Assembly: GCA_951406725.2 (NCBI GenBank)
Contig: OX597837.1
Coordinates: 20,522,001-20,586,000 of the forward strand
From: Octopus vulgaris
Lineage: Eukaryota
Length of the DNA: 64,000 nt
Direction of reading: 5' to 3'
This document shows, piece by piece, positions 1 through 12,069 of this stretch. Numbering within the stretch: the first letter of the stretch is position 1; each line of letters opens with the position of its first letter. The notes under the pieces are model-generated. The model ran no database searches and had not been told where the DNA came from. It worked only from the letters and a program-made list of their open reading frames with translations. Position numbers and translations under genes: made by a program.

Positions 1-1308
1 TAAGAGAGAACTTGGGACTAGTAAGATGGAGATGGATGAAGGGGGAAGGAGAAAGTGGGAGAGGGAGAGAGAAAGAGAGAGAGAGAGAGAGCAATGGAAC
101 AAATGAAAGGGAAAGGGAGTGGGAGGGAAGAAAGGGGGAACAATGATATGAAGGGAGAGCAAAAAAGTGTGTGTGTGGGTATGTGTGTGTGTAGATGTCA
201 GGATGAGAGGGTGGAAAGAGATTGACAAGAGAGAGAGAGAGAGAGAGAGCAAGAGAAAGAAGGAGAGAAGGGGAGGAGAGAAGATTTAATTGAGAGAGAG
301 AGAGAGAGAGAGATGAAAGAAGAATGAGAAAGGGGAAAAAAGGGAACACCAGAGTGATGTGTGTGGGTGTTGTTGTTATGTTGTGATGGGGAGGAGGAGG
401 AGGAGGAAGAGGCAGGGCAAGAGAAAGAGCGGGAGGAGGTAGAGAGAAGGAGAGGGGGAGAAGGAGGGGAGAGATGTGATGCTGAATGGATGAGAGATAC
501 ACAACAAACTAGATAACTATGAATGGAATGTAGCCTTGTTTATTTGTCTTGCTGCAGAATTGTTCCATGACAACAACCACTACACTTTGACACCACCGTC
601 ACAACCACCACCACCACTGCCACTACTACTACTATTACTACTACTACTACTTGGATCACTATCAATAAACACAATAGCCACCACCATCACCACAACCACT
701 GCCATCACCACCACCACTTAGTTATATAAGCCACTGAGAGTTACTATGTAATAGCCTGACATGGTAGAAATAACAGGCAAATTGCCCTCCCTCTCAAATC
801 ACACCCCAACTTTTACTGTCTCTGAAATGTGAAAAAAAAAAGGCAGGACACATTGCATAATATAGGCCAAGACAGAGTGTTCAAATAAAAGGCAGGGGCT
901 CTCAATCGTTGCTGACCTGGGGCCTAAATGATAATTCTTTCTGCTCTATGAAGGTAGGTAGAAGGCCTGAAATTTTGAGGGAGGGGCTGGTTGATTTCAT
1001 CGACCCCAGTACTTGTTTTCACATCTCCTATCCTCTAACGATCCACCCTACTGAACTAGCACATTTTATTGACCCCGGATACAATGAAAGTAAAGTGGCT
1101 CCTGGTGGGGTTTGGATTAAGGGCTGAAACAAACATCACAAGGTATTTTTATCTGATACTCTAATGAATCTGCTAACACAACACAAACAACACTAGTCCA
1201 AAGAAAAATAATTTTTCATATATGTTATGGGTTTATACCAGACCTGCTTGGGCCCTCAAGTCTTCCCTCAATACACCACACTAAACCACAAAACAGCACA
1301 CTCTACAT

Positions 1309-1410
1309 CAGTGGTTCTCAACAGGGGTCCATATGACCATTAGAGGTCTGTATAAGATTTTGTAGTTAAAATTTATCTGCAATAAATTGGTTGCTTTTGG
1401 TCCACAAGTG
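1309..1410. mobile_element. hAT-type MITE left-end fragment
   Basis: Begins CAGTGGTTCTCAACAGGGGTCCATATGA, the same end as the complete hAT-like MITE at 55560-55954. Confidence 0.55.
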
Positions 1411-1449
1411 TACTGCACCCACTCTCTGTCTTTTTTGCCATTACTATAA

Positions 1450-1655
1450 CAGTTTCAAATTTTGACACAAAGCCAGCAATTTTGAGGAAGGGGTAAGTCG
1501 ATTAGATTGACACCAGTGCTTGATTGGTGTTTGTTTCATTGACCCTGAAAGAATGAAAGACAAAGTCGACCTCAGCAGAATTTGAACTCTGAAGATAGAC
1601 GAAATACCACTAAGCATTTTGCCCCTGTATGCTAACAATTCTGTGAGCTTGCCAT
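1450..1655 (-). mobile_element. tRNA-derived SINE family B (Nin/Deu-domain-like), CpG-decayed
   Basis: Minus strand has B-box GAGTTCAAATTC followed by GAGGTCGACTTTGTCTTTCATTCTTTCAGGGTCAAT; homologous to 62331-62553. Confidence 0.75.
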
Positions 1656-2055
1656 CTTTGTCATTATTATAATTGTCTTTTGGAGATTGTTGAACACCCT
1701 TGCCCTCAACTCACACGTCCCATTTCCACTTGTATCTTTCTATCTCTCAACGTCTTTGTTGCTTACAACCCCCTCAATCATGCAGTAACCACTGTTCTCC
1801 ATCCTTCTTCCCCTATTACATCATCTCCCTAAGATTATCCCCCTGCCCATGTGTTTCCAACAGAATATTTAATGACATCAAACACGGAGGGTTGGCAAAG
1901 GTCAAGGGCACTGCCCCCTTTCTACAACTTCAGCAAGCACACACACACACACACTCACATATTCACACACAACTGGTGTGAAGAAGAGCATCTGGCTGTA
2001 GAACCCTGCTTCAAATAATCTCAATCTGGACCCATGATTATGTGGAAAGCATGCA

Positions 2056-2266
2056 TTAACTCTGGTATTCAGATTACTCTGTCAAATGTGATGCTTATTT
2101 ATTCTCATTCTTTTGAATTTGTCAGCTTTCAAATTTCAATGCTGTAATTGTTTATTTTTAGAATGACGTTGTTGGGCAAGTGCAAGAAGCTGAATCTGGC
2201 TGGTTTGAACATAAAATAAGTACAATATTTGGGCCAGGTATGGCCTGTTTAAATTCTAGTGGGTTA
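2056..2266. mobile_element. piggyBac-type (TTAA) MITE family 2
   Basis: Degenerate TTAACCCT...AGGGTTAA ends; internal sequence homologous to copies at 11435, 13127, 13466, 53384 and 54875. Confidence 0.7.
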
Positions 2267-2950
2267 CACGAACACAAACACTATTCCTTTACTGGTTTTT
2301 TGTATAGTATAGAAAGACAGATGACAAGGTAATCCAATTAGTAGGAGAGGTTAGGAAGTTAGAGAAGGAGGATGAAACATTGTAATTGAATAAATCAGGG
2401 AAGTTATATTAAGAGAAGTTAAAGAAGAAAATTGCAGCAAATCCGCATGATTGTGGTGTCAGACATGGTATGCAGACCATCGTATTACATGTTCTATTCT
2501 TTTTTTTTTTTGTTTTGACATGCGCATCACATTTTTATTCTTCTCCTCTGTCTTACGAATTCAATGTGCACATGCACATTGCATGTTCACACTTCTCTTT
2601 CCGGTTCCCATTCAAAACTGTTTACAGATCACAACCGTCTCACCAACCTGCATTCATGAGGAGCAGTTTGCACGATGATGGTTGTGAAGAAAAAGTAATT
2701 AAGAACAAAACAAGAGAAGGTGAAAAAAACTGAAAAAGTGTGAAAGGGTGAGATTTTGATAAACTACACAAACTTCAAAAAAACCCTCAAAGAAAAAGTT
2801 TCTGGGACAATACATAAAATACCTAAAGTACTAAAAAAATTGGACTATTGTCACACTGTGTGCAGTTCTTCATAGGTTGGAATGTGATCAAGCACAACTG
2901 GATTTTTTCAATTTCCTCAGATATACATATGTGTATATATATATATATAT

Positions 2951-2993
<43 letters not shown>

Positions 2994-4058
2994 TGTTTGC
3001 GGATAGTGTAGATACTCTAATAGGCACATTCTTGACTATTTGACTTATGATTGATCTAGGGTGATTAAAGCTTTAGTGGACATAATGTAAGATTTTGCTT
3101 GGTTTGTGGTAACAACCAGATGGGATATCTAGGGCTAGGTCTAAAAAGTTGAAGATTTTGTTGTTAGTTTCAAAGGTGAGGGAGAGGTTGTATTTCTTTA
3201 ATCATTTTCTAAAGGTTTTCCGTTCCATTTGGGATGGATTGTTTCCGTCTTTCCAGTGAGAATGCAGTCATCTCTTTATGGCCTGCCTCCACTATCCGCA
3301 AACAAGCAAATTTTTGAGAACATAGCAGGCTACTACTATGAGGCTCTTAGCAGAAGTGGATACTCAGAAAAGATCTCTTATATTATATGTATGTTCACAA
3401 CACATCATATATACACCTTATACAGACAGACACAGACACACACACACACAACAGGATGGTTATAATAACTAAAATACTGAAATAGTGTTGATCAAGAAGA
3501 GGACTGTTTGACCAATCAAAAATTTCCTGGGGCTAAAACAACAACAATAGCACAACAACTAAAAACTGCCTAAAAGGAAAAAAAATATGAAAACAGCCCA
3601 TTATTAGCAAACATATTTGTCAGACACCCTAAGAAAAGATGGGATGGTCACAGATGGACTGTGTTTGACCAAAAGTTTTACTTGATCACAGCTGACTTGG
3701 GGCTAAAAATAACAAAACATTATAACCACCACCACCACCACCACCACTACAAGTAATGATATAAACCCCACCACTCTCACCTCCTGATCAAATCCACTAA
3801 AAGCAAGACTACAGAATCATATTAAGTAAGGGATGGTGTTTATATGAAGAGCTTGTGTGTGACATGTCAAGGATATAGGGATATATACTTTGCCAGAAGG
3901 GGCTGGGGGAACACTTCTGAGTAAACAGCGAATTTATAGGATTAACATATACATATATAAGGTGTAAGTAAATAGTGCATGTGTGTGAGTTTGTCTCTGT
4001 AATGTATGTATGTATGTATGTATGTATGTATGTATGTATGTATGTATGTATGTATGTG

Positions 4059-4105
<47 letters not shown>

Positions 4106-4206
4106 ACAAATATGTTTGTTAATATAGATGCCTTTATATCTACCTATGTGTGTTATTATTATTATTATTATTTAAAATAGTTTGATCCAGCTCCGATGTG
4201 TATATC

Positions 4207-4258
<52 letters not shown>

Positions 4259-4603
4259 CACACACAACTATGTGTGTATAGATATATATATAATCATGTA
4301 TTATACACAATATATATATATATATATATATATACGTTTAAATATTTGTTGTGCGTGTGTATGTATGTATATATCGAAATATAAAATATATATATATATA
4401 TACATACATACACAAATACATGTATGTATAATATATATGTATATATATATGCATATATATATACATACATATATATATATATATATAAAATATACACATA
4501 TATATAAGTACTATGACTGACAAAGAATGAGTAGGTTGTTGGATACTCCTACGTCAAAACCGACAGGAGAGTCCATCACATATATGCGTGTGTATATATA
4601 TAT

Positions 4604-4643
<40 letters not shown>

Positions 4644-5133
4644 TCACTACCACAAAACGCTGTAGTATTTTTTTGTCAAACTCTCACATCTCAATTTCCG
4701 TATTGGTGCTTATCACACCACACACAGAATTTGAAGAACATTTACTTAGCAGAAATGTCTTTTCACAGAGGCGGCAGCAGTAACAGTGATGGTGGAAGTA
4801 GTGGCTGCAGTGGCAATGGTGGTGGTAGTGCTGAATGAAGATGGTGATAATGATGATGATGATGATAATGTTTAGCTCTGATCAACTCCCAGCTGACGAG
4901 ACCAAATCTGAATATTTCGTTTCTTCATTTTAGATGATAGGGAGCGATACAAGGGACACTTGGCTGCTATTTCTAGCAAAAGAAGCAACCACACTGGAGT
5001 TTCCTCCTTTGATCAAGAGGTAGCAATATAGGTGATGGTGTACCTTTGCGTTGAGTTGTGGGGACATAAGCCAACACTCACTGTCAAGCAGTGAGAGACA
5101 AACAAACAAAAATGAGGCTACATGCATGCAATC

Positions 5134-5185
<52 letters not shown>

Positions 5186-5351
5186 ACACACCTGCAACCA
5201 AAGTTCTCTACAGTCTCTGTTTACCAAGGCACTGGTTGACCCAAGGCTGTAATATTCCTCTTGATCAAAGACATTCCAAATAATTTATAAAATCAGTAGG
5301 AAGAAGTTTGCAGTTTGTTATCTGTACCAGGAATATTTCTCATTATTAGGT

Positions 5352-5560
5352 ATGCTGGCAGAACCGTTAGCATGCTGGGAAAATTACTTAGCAGCATTTC
5401 GCCTGTCTTCACATTCTAAGATCAAATTCCACCAAGGTTGACTCTGCTTTTCATTCTTTCATGGTCAATAAAATAAGCACCAGTTAACTACTGGGGTCAG
5501 TGTAATTGACTTACCCCTCTCCAAATATTGCTGGCCCTGTACCAAAAAGTTGAAACCATT
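5352..5560 (+). mobile_element. SINE family B, CpG-decayed
   Basis: GCTGGCAGAACCGTTAGC head, ATCAAATTCC B-box remnant and TTTCATTCTTTCATGGTCAATAAAATAAGCACCAG body. Confidence 0.75.
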
Positions 5561-5624
5561 ATTAGGTATTCGACTATCTGTGACAGGGCGCTAGTTCGTT
5601 ATGCCTGTGTCCGACTAAGCAAGT

Positions 5625-5770
5625 GAAGATGTGTGGCCTAGTGGTTAGGGTGTTGCACTTAGAACTGCAGGATCATGGTTTCAATTCCTGCGCTGGGTGG
5701 TGTTGTGTTCTTGAGCAAAACATTTCATGTTGTTCCAGTCCACTTTCGCAGGGTGTCCTGTTTGCAGGGA
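5625..5770 (+). mobile_element. SINE family D (tRNA head + CORE-like) fragment
   Basis: A-box TGGCCTAGTGG, B-box GGTTTCAATTCC, then TTGAGCAAAACATTTCATGTTGTTCCAGTCCAC. Confidence 0.7.
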
Positions 5771-5824
5771 ATGTGATTTCAGTCATTTAAACATCGCTAT
5801 TATCCACACAAACAGGTTTGTCCT

Positions 5825-6458
5825 TTACAGGTGCCACTGCCACAAAAAATGCACTTGTGTTGCATAAACACACACGTGCTGGTGGCACATAGAAAGCACC
5901 CGGCACATTCTGTAAAGTGGTTGGCCTTAGGAACAGCATCAGGTCATAGAAACCATGCTATAACAGACAAGTTAGTTAGTTAGTTAATTTGGCTCAAAAG
6001 CAAATAGCAAGGCCATGTAGGGGGACATGGAGTCAAGTACAGGGTGGTGTTCATGTAAAGAGTTCAGGCCACTTGAGGTCAAGGGAGGCTTTGAACAAAG
6101 TGGTTGTCGGCATCCTCACCATCTCGTCTGGCAGCTTGTTCCACGGATCCGCAACCCAGACGGAGAAAGCTCCTCTCCTTCGATTGAGATGAAATCGTCG
6201 CAGGTAGAGCTTTTTGGAATGACCCCGCAGCCGACGCTCTGGAACAGGAGTGAAGAACAGCTCTTTTGAGAGGTTACACTTTCTGCTTATGATGTTGTGA
6301 GCAAGAATGAGATCACCATGGCGTTGTCATTTTTCTAGAGAATAAAGGTCGAGCGTCCTCAGCCTTTCTTCGAGTCTGGACAGGTCTCCAGCTAGCCAGC
6401 TGCAGTCAAACCATCCAATCCATGCCAGCATGGAAAACAGATGGTAAACAATGATGAC
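5825..6458 (+). mobile_element. SINE family C (Meta-domain-like), split by a CR1 LINE insertion
   Basis: GTGGTTGGCCTTAGGAACAGCATC...AACAGACAA stops at 5970 and resumes at about 6373 with ...CCATGCCAGCATGGAAAACAGATGGTAAACAATGATGAC. Confidence 0.7.
5971..6372 (-). mobile_element. 5'-truncated CR1/L2-group LINE 3' end (ORF2 C-terminus, 3' stem-loop, (TAAC)n tail)
   Basis: Minus strand translates EERLRTLDLYSLEK*QRHGDLILAHNII...RRLRGHSKKLYLRRFHLNRRRGAFSVWVADPWNKLPDEMV...FKASLD, with stop at 6051-6053. This matches CR1 motifs RGD, RGH..KL and WN.LP. Hairpin CCATGT-N6-ACATGG at 6013-6030. Confidence 0.9.
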
Positions 6459-6582
6459 ACATCACGGAAATCCTCTGACAAGCCATCTATGAGGCTAAGT
6501 ACTTTATGGTTAAGAAACCACTGGTTACTCTATAACAGGCCATATAAATGTTGGACCACAGAAAATCTACAAGTTTTTTCAT

Positions 6583-6735
6583 TCTCTCTCTGTTTATTTT
6601 CTCTTATCCCTTTTTGTTGAAGAGCGTAGGACTTTTTCAATTTTTCCAAGCATCAAATAATAAACTTGCTTGTTATTTATATACTTGTCTTCGTCTTTTG
6701 TTTTTTTATACATTTCAATTAACTTCCAGTAAATA
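6583..6735 (+). mobile_element. Penelope-like pLTR fragment with partly deleted hammerhead
   Basis: TTTTTGTTGAAGAGCGTAGG then a deletion; downstream sequence homologous to 14410-14617 and 34709-34878; abuts (TA)n. Confidence 0.55.
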
Positions 6736-6752
6736 TATATATATATATATAT

Positions 6753-7007
6753 TTCAACAATTGAGGGTAAAATTAATTAATTATTAATTAATTTCACCAA
6801 GTGTTCAGTATGCAAAGGGACCATTTAAGGCGAATTCAAATTATTACAATATATAAAAGGGCTTAGTAAAATAAATTACTTTGCCGCATACTGAACTCAT
6901 TAGAAATAGCAGCTAAAAAACTTTTTTAAAAACCATTTCTAATACTTAAAGAAAATCTCTCTCATATAGTGTTTGGTCAACTCAACTCACGAAAGTTTGG
7001 GGGTAAA

Positions 7008-7008
<1 letters not shown>
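6753..7008. repeat. Unclassified ~250-bp dispersed repeat embedded in (TA)n
   Basis: Reverse-complement copy at 24424-24663; both copies are flanked by (TA)n. Confidence 0.75.
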
Positions 7009-7040
<32 letters not shown>

Positions 7041-7043
<3 letters not shown>

Positions 7044-7484
7044 CGCAGGACTACCTTTATATATTATATATATATATATATATATGTGAGTGGCTGTGTG
7101 GTAAGTAGCTTGCTAACCAGCCACATGGTTCCGGGTTCAGTCCCACTGCGTGGCATCTTGGGCAAGTGTCTTCTGCTATAGCCCCGGGCCGACCAATGCC
7201 TTGTGAGTGGATTTGGTAGACGGAAACTGAAAGAAGCCTGTCGTATATATGTATATATATATGTGTGTTTGTGTTTGTGTTTATCCCCCTAACATTGCTT
7301 GACAACCGATACTGGTGTGTTTACGTCCCCGTCACTTAGCGGATCGGCTAAAGAGACCGATAGAATAAGTACTGGGCTTACAAAGAATAAGTCCCGGGGT
7401 CGATTTGCTCGACTAAAGGCGGTGCTCCAGCATGGCCGCAGTCAAATGACTGAAACAAGTAAAAGAGTAAAAGAGTAAAAGAGT
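7041..7484 (+). mobile_element. SINE family A (tRNA head, CORE-like), full length
   Basis: A-box TGGCTGTGTGG, B-box GGTTCAGTCC, CTTGGGCAAGTG core, internal (TA/TG)n and (AAAGAGT)n tail. Confidence 0.9.
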
Positions 7485-7506
7485 ATATATATATATATAT
7501 ATATAT

Positions 7507-7890
7507 AGCGTAGGAGTGGCTGTGTGGTAAGTAGCTTGCTTACGAACCACATGGTTCTGGGTTCAGTCCCACTGCGTGGCACCTTGGGCAAGTGTCTTCT
7601 AATATAGCCTCGGGCCGACCAAAGCCTTGTGAGTGGATTTAGTAAACGGAAACTGAAAGAAGCCTGTCGTATATATATATGTATATATGTGTCTGTATTT
7701 GCCCCCTCCCCAACATCGCTTGACAACCAATGCTGGTGTGTTTACGTCCCTGTAACTTAGTGGATCGGTAAAAGAGACCGATAGAATAAGTACTAGGCTT
7801 ACAAAGAATAAGTCCTGGGGTTGATTTGCTCGACTAAAGGCGGTGCTCCAGCATGGCCACAGTCAAATGACTGAAACAAGTAAAAGGAGT
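7507..7890 (+). mobile_element. SINE family A, full length, tandem with the previous copy
   Basis: Same architecture as 7041-7484. Confidence 0.9.
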
Positions 7891-7910
7891 ATATACACAT
7901 GTATATATAT

Positions 7911-8110
7911 CATCATCGTTTAATGTCTACTTCCGATGCTAGCAGGGGTTGGACGATTTGACCGAGGACTGACAAATCAGATGGCTGCCCCAGGCTCCAA
8001 TCTGATCTGGCAGAGTTTCTACAGCTGGATGCCCTTCCTAATGCCAACCACTCCGAGAGTGTAGTGGGTGCTTTTAAGTGCCACCTGCACAGGAACCAGT
8101 CCAGCGGCAC
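7911..8110 (-). mobile_element. SINE family C (Meta-domain-like) 3' part
   Basis: Minus strand GGTTGGCATTAGGAAGGGCATCCAGCTGTAGAAAC, ending in a (GAT)n tail. Confidence 0.8.
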
Positions 8111-8191
8111 TATGTATACATAAATATATACATATGGATACAATATATATATATATAATATATACATACACATACACACATATATACTTAA

Positions 8192-8224
<33 letters not shown>

Positions 8225-8607
8225 ACAAGCTTCTTCAAGTTTCCAAATACCAAATCCACTCACAATGCTTTGGCCGACCTAAAGCTATAGTAGAAGACAT
8301 GCTCAAGGTGCCACGCATTGGGACTGAACCTGAAACCATGTGGTTGGGAAGCAAACTTCTTAACTATACACCCATAGTGGAATTCAAGGGAAGCGGGGGG
8401 GGGGGCAGTATGGCTTTAACTGAGGTAAAGCGGCTGCTATTTCTGGCAGGTTGTGCAATCACCAAGATGGAAAGAGCAAGAGAAGCGTGTGGCTGGTACA
8501 GTATATAGGGTGTATGGCCTTGACCAGAACTGACCACAGCTACAGCTGATATATAGTGTCACTTAACTAGTCAGTTTAATTATAACTCACCACTAGTGTG
8601 ATGGTCA

Positions 8608-8645
<38 letters not shown>

Positions 8646-9622
8646 CTTGGGTTGGAGAGGAATGGGAACGGAGAGGCAACAAGTAGTGATGGTAGGGTGG
8701 TGATGGTCATGGAAGTGTTGGTGGTTGTAGTGAAGGACATGGCAACAGGCGGGGGAGGGGAAAGAGCTCTTGTTTGTGGGTGGAAGAAGAGTAAAGGTGG
8801 GAGGAGAAGGAAGAGGTTTGCAATGCTGTATGTGGAAGTAGCAGGTGGTGGTGGTGGAGGTTGTGGATCAAATTGTAGTGTTGTTGTTGTAGGTGGTGAT
8901 GGCGCTGGTGGTAGTTTTGTCAGTGGTGGTAGTGAGAGGCTATGACAGTGGTTGTGGTGGTAGTAGTGCAGACATAGTACTGAGAGTAATGGTGGTGGTG
9001 GTAGCAGTGGTAAATGTTGTAGTGCCACTAGTAGTAATAGTAGTAATGGTAGAAATAATGATAGTAAAGGATACAGTACAAGTAATGATGGAAATAGTAG
9101 GAGTAACAGTAGTGGAGGTGGTGGTAGTTGGGTGTGTGGTAGTGTTAAAGTATATTCTAAAGCCATCAAACACTTTACTCTGCTATAAAGAGGAGTCAAG
9201 AAAGAAAAAAATATATAAGCAAAAGAGAGACAGAGAGAGAGAGAGGAGGGAATAGAGAGAGGAAGAGGAAGTGGAGGAGATTTCACACACACACACACAC
9301 ACACACACAAATGGAAACAAGACAGAGAAGGGGAAGGGGAAATGTCTGGGAGAAGCAACAGTATAGCACCACTCAACAAGTGGTATGTATTTTTAGAGAC
9401 ACCATTTTATAAATAACAGTCAGCCTGTCTTGTATTAAAAGAGAGAGAGAGAAAGAGAGAGGGAGAGAGAGAGAGAGAGGGAGAGAGAAAGGCACCAAAG
9501 ATAAAATATACAGGTATTGTAAATGTTTTGGGGTTTTTTTTTTCCAAATTTTGTGTCTTTAAGTAAACAATTTTGAAAAGTAATATGAACTTATAAAAAA
9601 TAAAATTGTGCAACAAATATGC

Positions 9623-9674
<52 letters not shown>

Positions 9675-10505
9675 ACACACACACACACACACACACACAG
9701 CTGCTGGAATGGTAGTGTGACTAAGGACACTTCAGAACCGTACTAAGTTAAGTTCAGTCTCACTGTTCATATACATATATATGTCAAATGATGAAAATGA
9801 GTGCTCAACACTGCATCGGTAGACAGAATTTCTCTATTTGTGAATTAAGGCTACCATTGGTTTCATGTGATGAAAAATAGGAAAACAACTTAATATCTTA
9901 ACAATTCTCCAAGCCCAAAATACACAGACACAAACACATGTATGTATGTATATATATGCACAGGTGTATCTGTGTGTTAAGAAGCTTGCTTCCCAACCAT
10001 ATGGTTCCTGTTCAGTCCCACTGGGTGACACTTTGGGCAAGTGTCTAGTGCTATAGCCTTTTGCAGACCAAAGCCTTGAGTGGATTTGGTAGATACATTT
10101 AATATATATGCCATCGTCAGCATTAACTCATATCTGAGTAGTTAATCAGTACTGAGTGACTTAGCTTCTTCATCCTGATGGCTGCAAAAAGTGTTGGTGT
10201 CTGAGGTGGCTGTTCAGGTCAAGGGCAGTATAAACGAGCTGGAGGGGGAGGGGTACATTTATCACAGACGAAGGTTGGCAAGGAACGAGGAAGTGTGAGT
10301 TGCTCTTTTTCATCTTCGACATCTGATCTCTGCCTCTTGACAGCCGTTGTTTTCCATCATGCTTCTTACAAAGAACAGAAGTACTCAGAAGAAAGGCAGA
10401 GTGCAAAAATTTACATTAAGGTTGGTCGAGTGACCCACCCGCTACTCTGGAATTTCCCTGATATGTTACTGGTTCCTCGGGCATGGAGGACTACATGATG
10501 TTTAA

Positions 10506-10723
10506 CCCTTTCATTACCAAACCGGCTGAAACCGGCTCTGGCTCTGAGTACAAATATCATGTTTTCATAAGTTTTGAATTAAAATCTTCCACCAAACCTT
10601 AGTAAATTTATGTTCCTAACACTAGCTGAATGATAACTAAGTTATTTTACTAAATTCTTCGTTATATTTAAAGTAATTGAAAGAAACACAGAGCATCTCA
10701 AAATAAATACAGTAACGAAAGGG
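10506..10723. mobile_element. piggyBac-type MITE family 1
   Basis: TTAA|CCCTTTCATTAC ... GTAACGAAAGGG|TTAA; inverted copy at 19665-19877. Confidence 0.9.
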
Positions 10724-10898
10724 TTAAAGATACATACCCCCACACACAAATACACCTACATGCATGCACATGCACATTGAAACCATTCCTTGCTTTTAAT
10801 CATTTGCCTCTCCAAACCATTTTCATAAGTTTGTGCTAAACATCCATGCTTGTACATAATTTACATTCGACGGATATTTGTCCTCATCTTGTTTGTTG

Positions 10899-10946
10899 TT
10901 AACACAACGTTTCAGCCGATATACCCTCCAGCCTTCTTCAGGTGCA
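10899..10946 (-). ncRNA. Minimal type-I hammerhead ribozyme motif (antisense copy)
   Basis: Minus strand reads GCAC-CTGAAGA-A-GGCTG...CGGCT-GAAAC-GTT-GTGT. Confidence 0.65.
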
Positions 10947-11097
10947 TATGGCATAGTGGTTAAGAGCGCGGGCTACTAACCCCAAGATTCCAACTTCGAT
11001 TCCAAGCAGTGACCAGAACAATAATAACAATAATAATAATAATAACAACATTGAAAAATACCTTAGGAATGAGAACCCAGGTTCGAAATTTCCCCAA

Positions 11098-11143
11098 GAC
11101 ACCTGAAGAAGGCTGGTGGGTATATCAGCCGAAACGTTGAGTT
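11098..11143 (+). ncRNA. Minimal type-I hammerhead ribozyme motif
   Basis: GACAC-CTGAAGA-A-GGCTG-loop-CAGCC-GAAAC-GTT-GAGTT; stem I has one mismatch and the inverted copy retains GTGTT. Confidence 0.7.
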
Positions 11144-11434
11144 AACAACAAACAAGATGAGGACAAATATCTGTCGAATGTAAATAATGTACATAATTCC
11201 TCATCTCTTAAACATAGAACTGTATCCATGCTTATTTTCAGGTTTTTAGTTAGCCCTGGTTTTATATGTTCAGAGGAATATAAAGTTTTCCTTCTGTAAG
11301 TTCCAAGTTACTCTGGCAGTTGAAAAGAAATTGGGAACATATATTATATATGTTGCATGAATGTCAGAGAAATATGTTTTGTGTATCACCTGTGATACAC
11401 AGGACAGGTAAAGGGTTCATAATGTCTAACTACT

Positions 11435-11737
11435 TTAACCCTTTCACATTTAAACTGGACATATCCAGTCCAAACATTCTACAGTTTTATATTCAAACTG
11501 TCAAGATCCAGCCTCTTACACCTACCCTATAATGTCATTTTAAAAATATACAATCATATCACCAAAATCACGTGGTTGTGTGGTAAGTAGCTTGCTTACC
11601 AACCACATGGTTCCGGGTTCAGTCCCACTGTGTGACACCTTGGGCAAGTGTCTTCTGCTATAGCCTCAGGCCGACCAATGCCCTGTGAGTAGATTTGGTA
11701 GACGGAAACTGAAAGAAGCCCAATGTATGTATATGTC

Positions 11738-11788
<51 letters not shown>

Positions 11789-12062
11789 GTATATGTATGT
11801 CCCCCCAACATCACTTGACAACCAATGCTGGTGTGTTTACGTCCACCGTAACTTAGCGGTTCGGCAAAAGAGACCGATAGTATAAGTACTAGGCTTACAA
11901 ATAACAAGTCCTAGTGTCGATTTGCTCGACTAAAGGCGGTGCTCCAGCATGGCCACAATCAAATGACTGAAACAAGTAAAAGAGTAAAGAGTATTACGAG
12001 ATAATATAGGATTAATTCAAAAAGTGTTATTTGACAAATTAATCTGAATACTAAAGGTTTAA
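11435..12062. mobile_element. piggyBac-type MITE family 2 interrupted by a SINE A (about 11571-11993, +)
   Basis: TTAACCCTTT start and AAAGGTTTAA end; the MITE body continues on both sides of the SINE. Confidence 0.8.
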
Positions 12063-12069
12063 GATAACG

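Larger units (their letters stand above)
10852..11223 (+). mobile_element. tRNA-headed, hammerhead-bearing retroelement with Penelope-style inverted 5' copy
   Basis: 10-bp TSD ATCCATGCTT (10842-10851, 11224-11233). About 93-bp inverted repeat (10852-10944 vs 11100-11192). A-box TGGCATAGTGG at 10949, B-box-like CTTCGATTCC at 10994, (AAT/AAC)n linker, hammerhead at 11098-11143. Confidence 0.85.

Noticed and set aside
2639-2663. Similarity to miR-67/miR-307 mature sequence (CAACCTGCAT..ATGAGG)
   Set aside because: The seed is interrupted and there is no complementary upstream arm, so it cannot be called a homolog.
8576-9379. 267-aa Pro/Leu-rich ORF
   Set aside because: Derived from degenerate (GGT/AGT)n and (GA)n low-complexity sequence.
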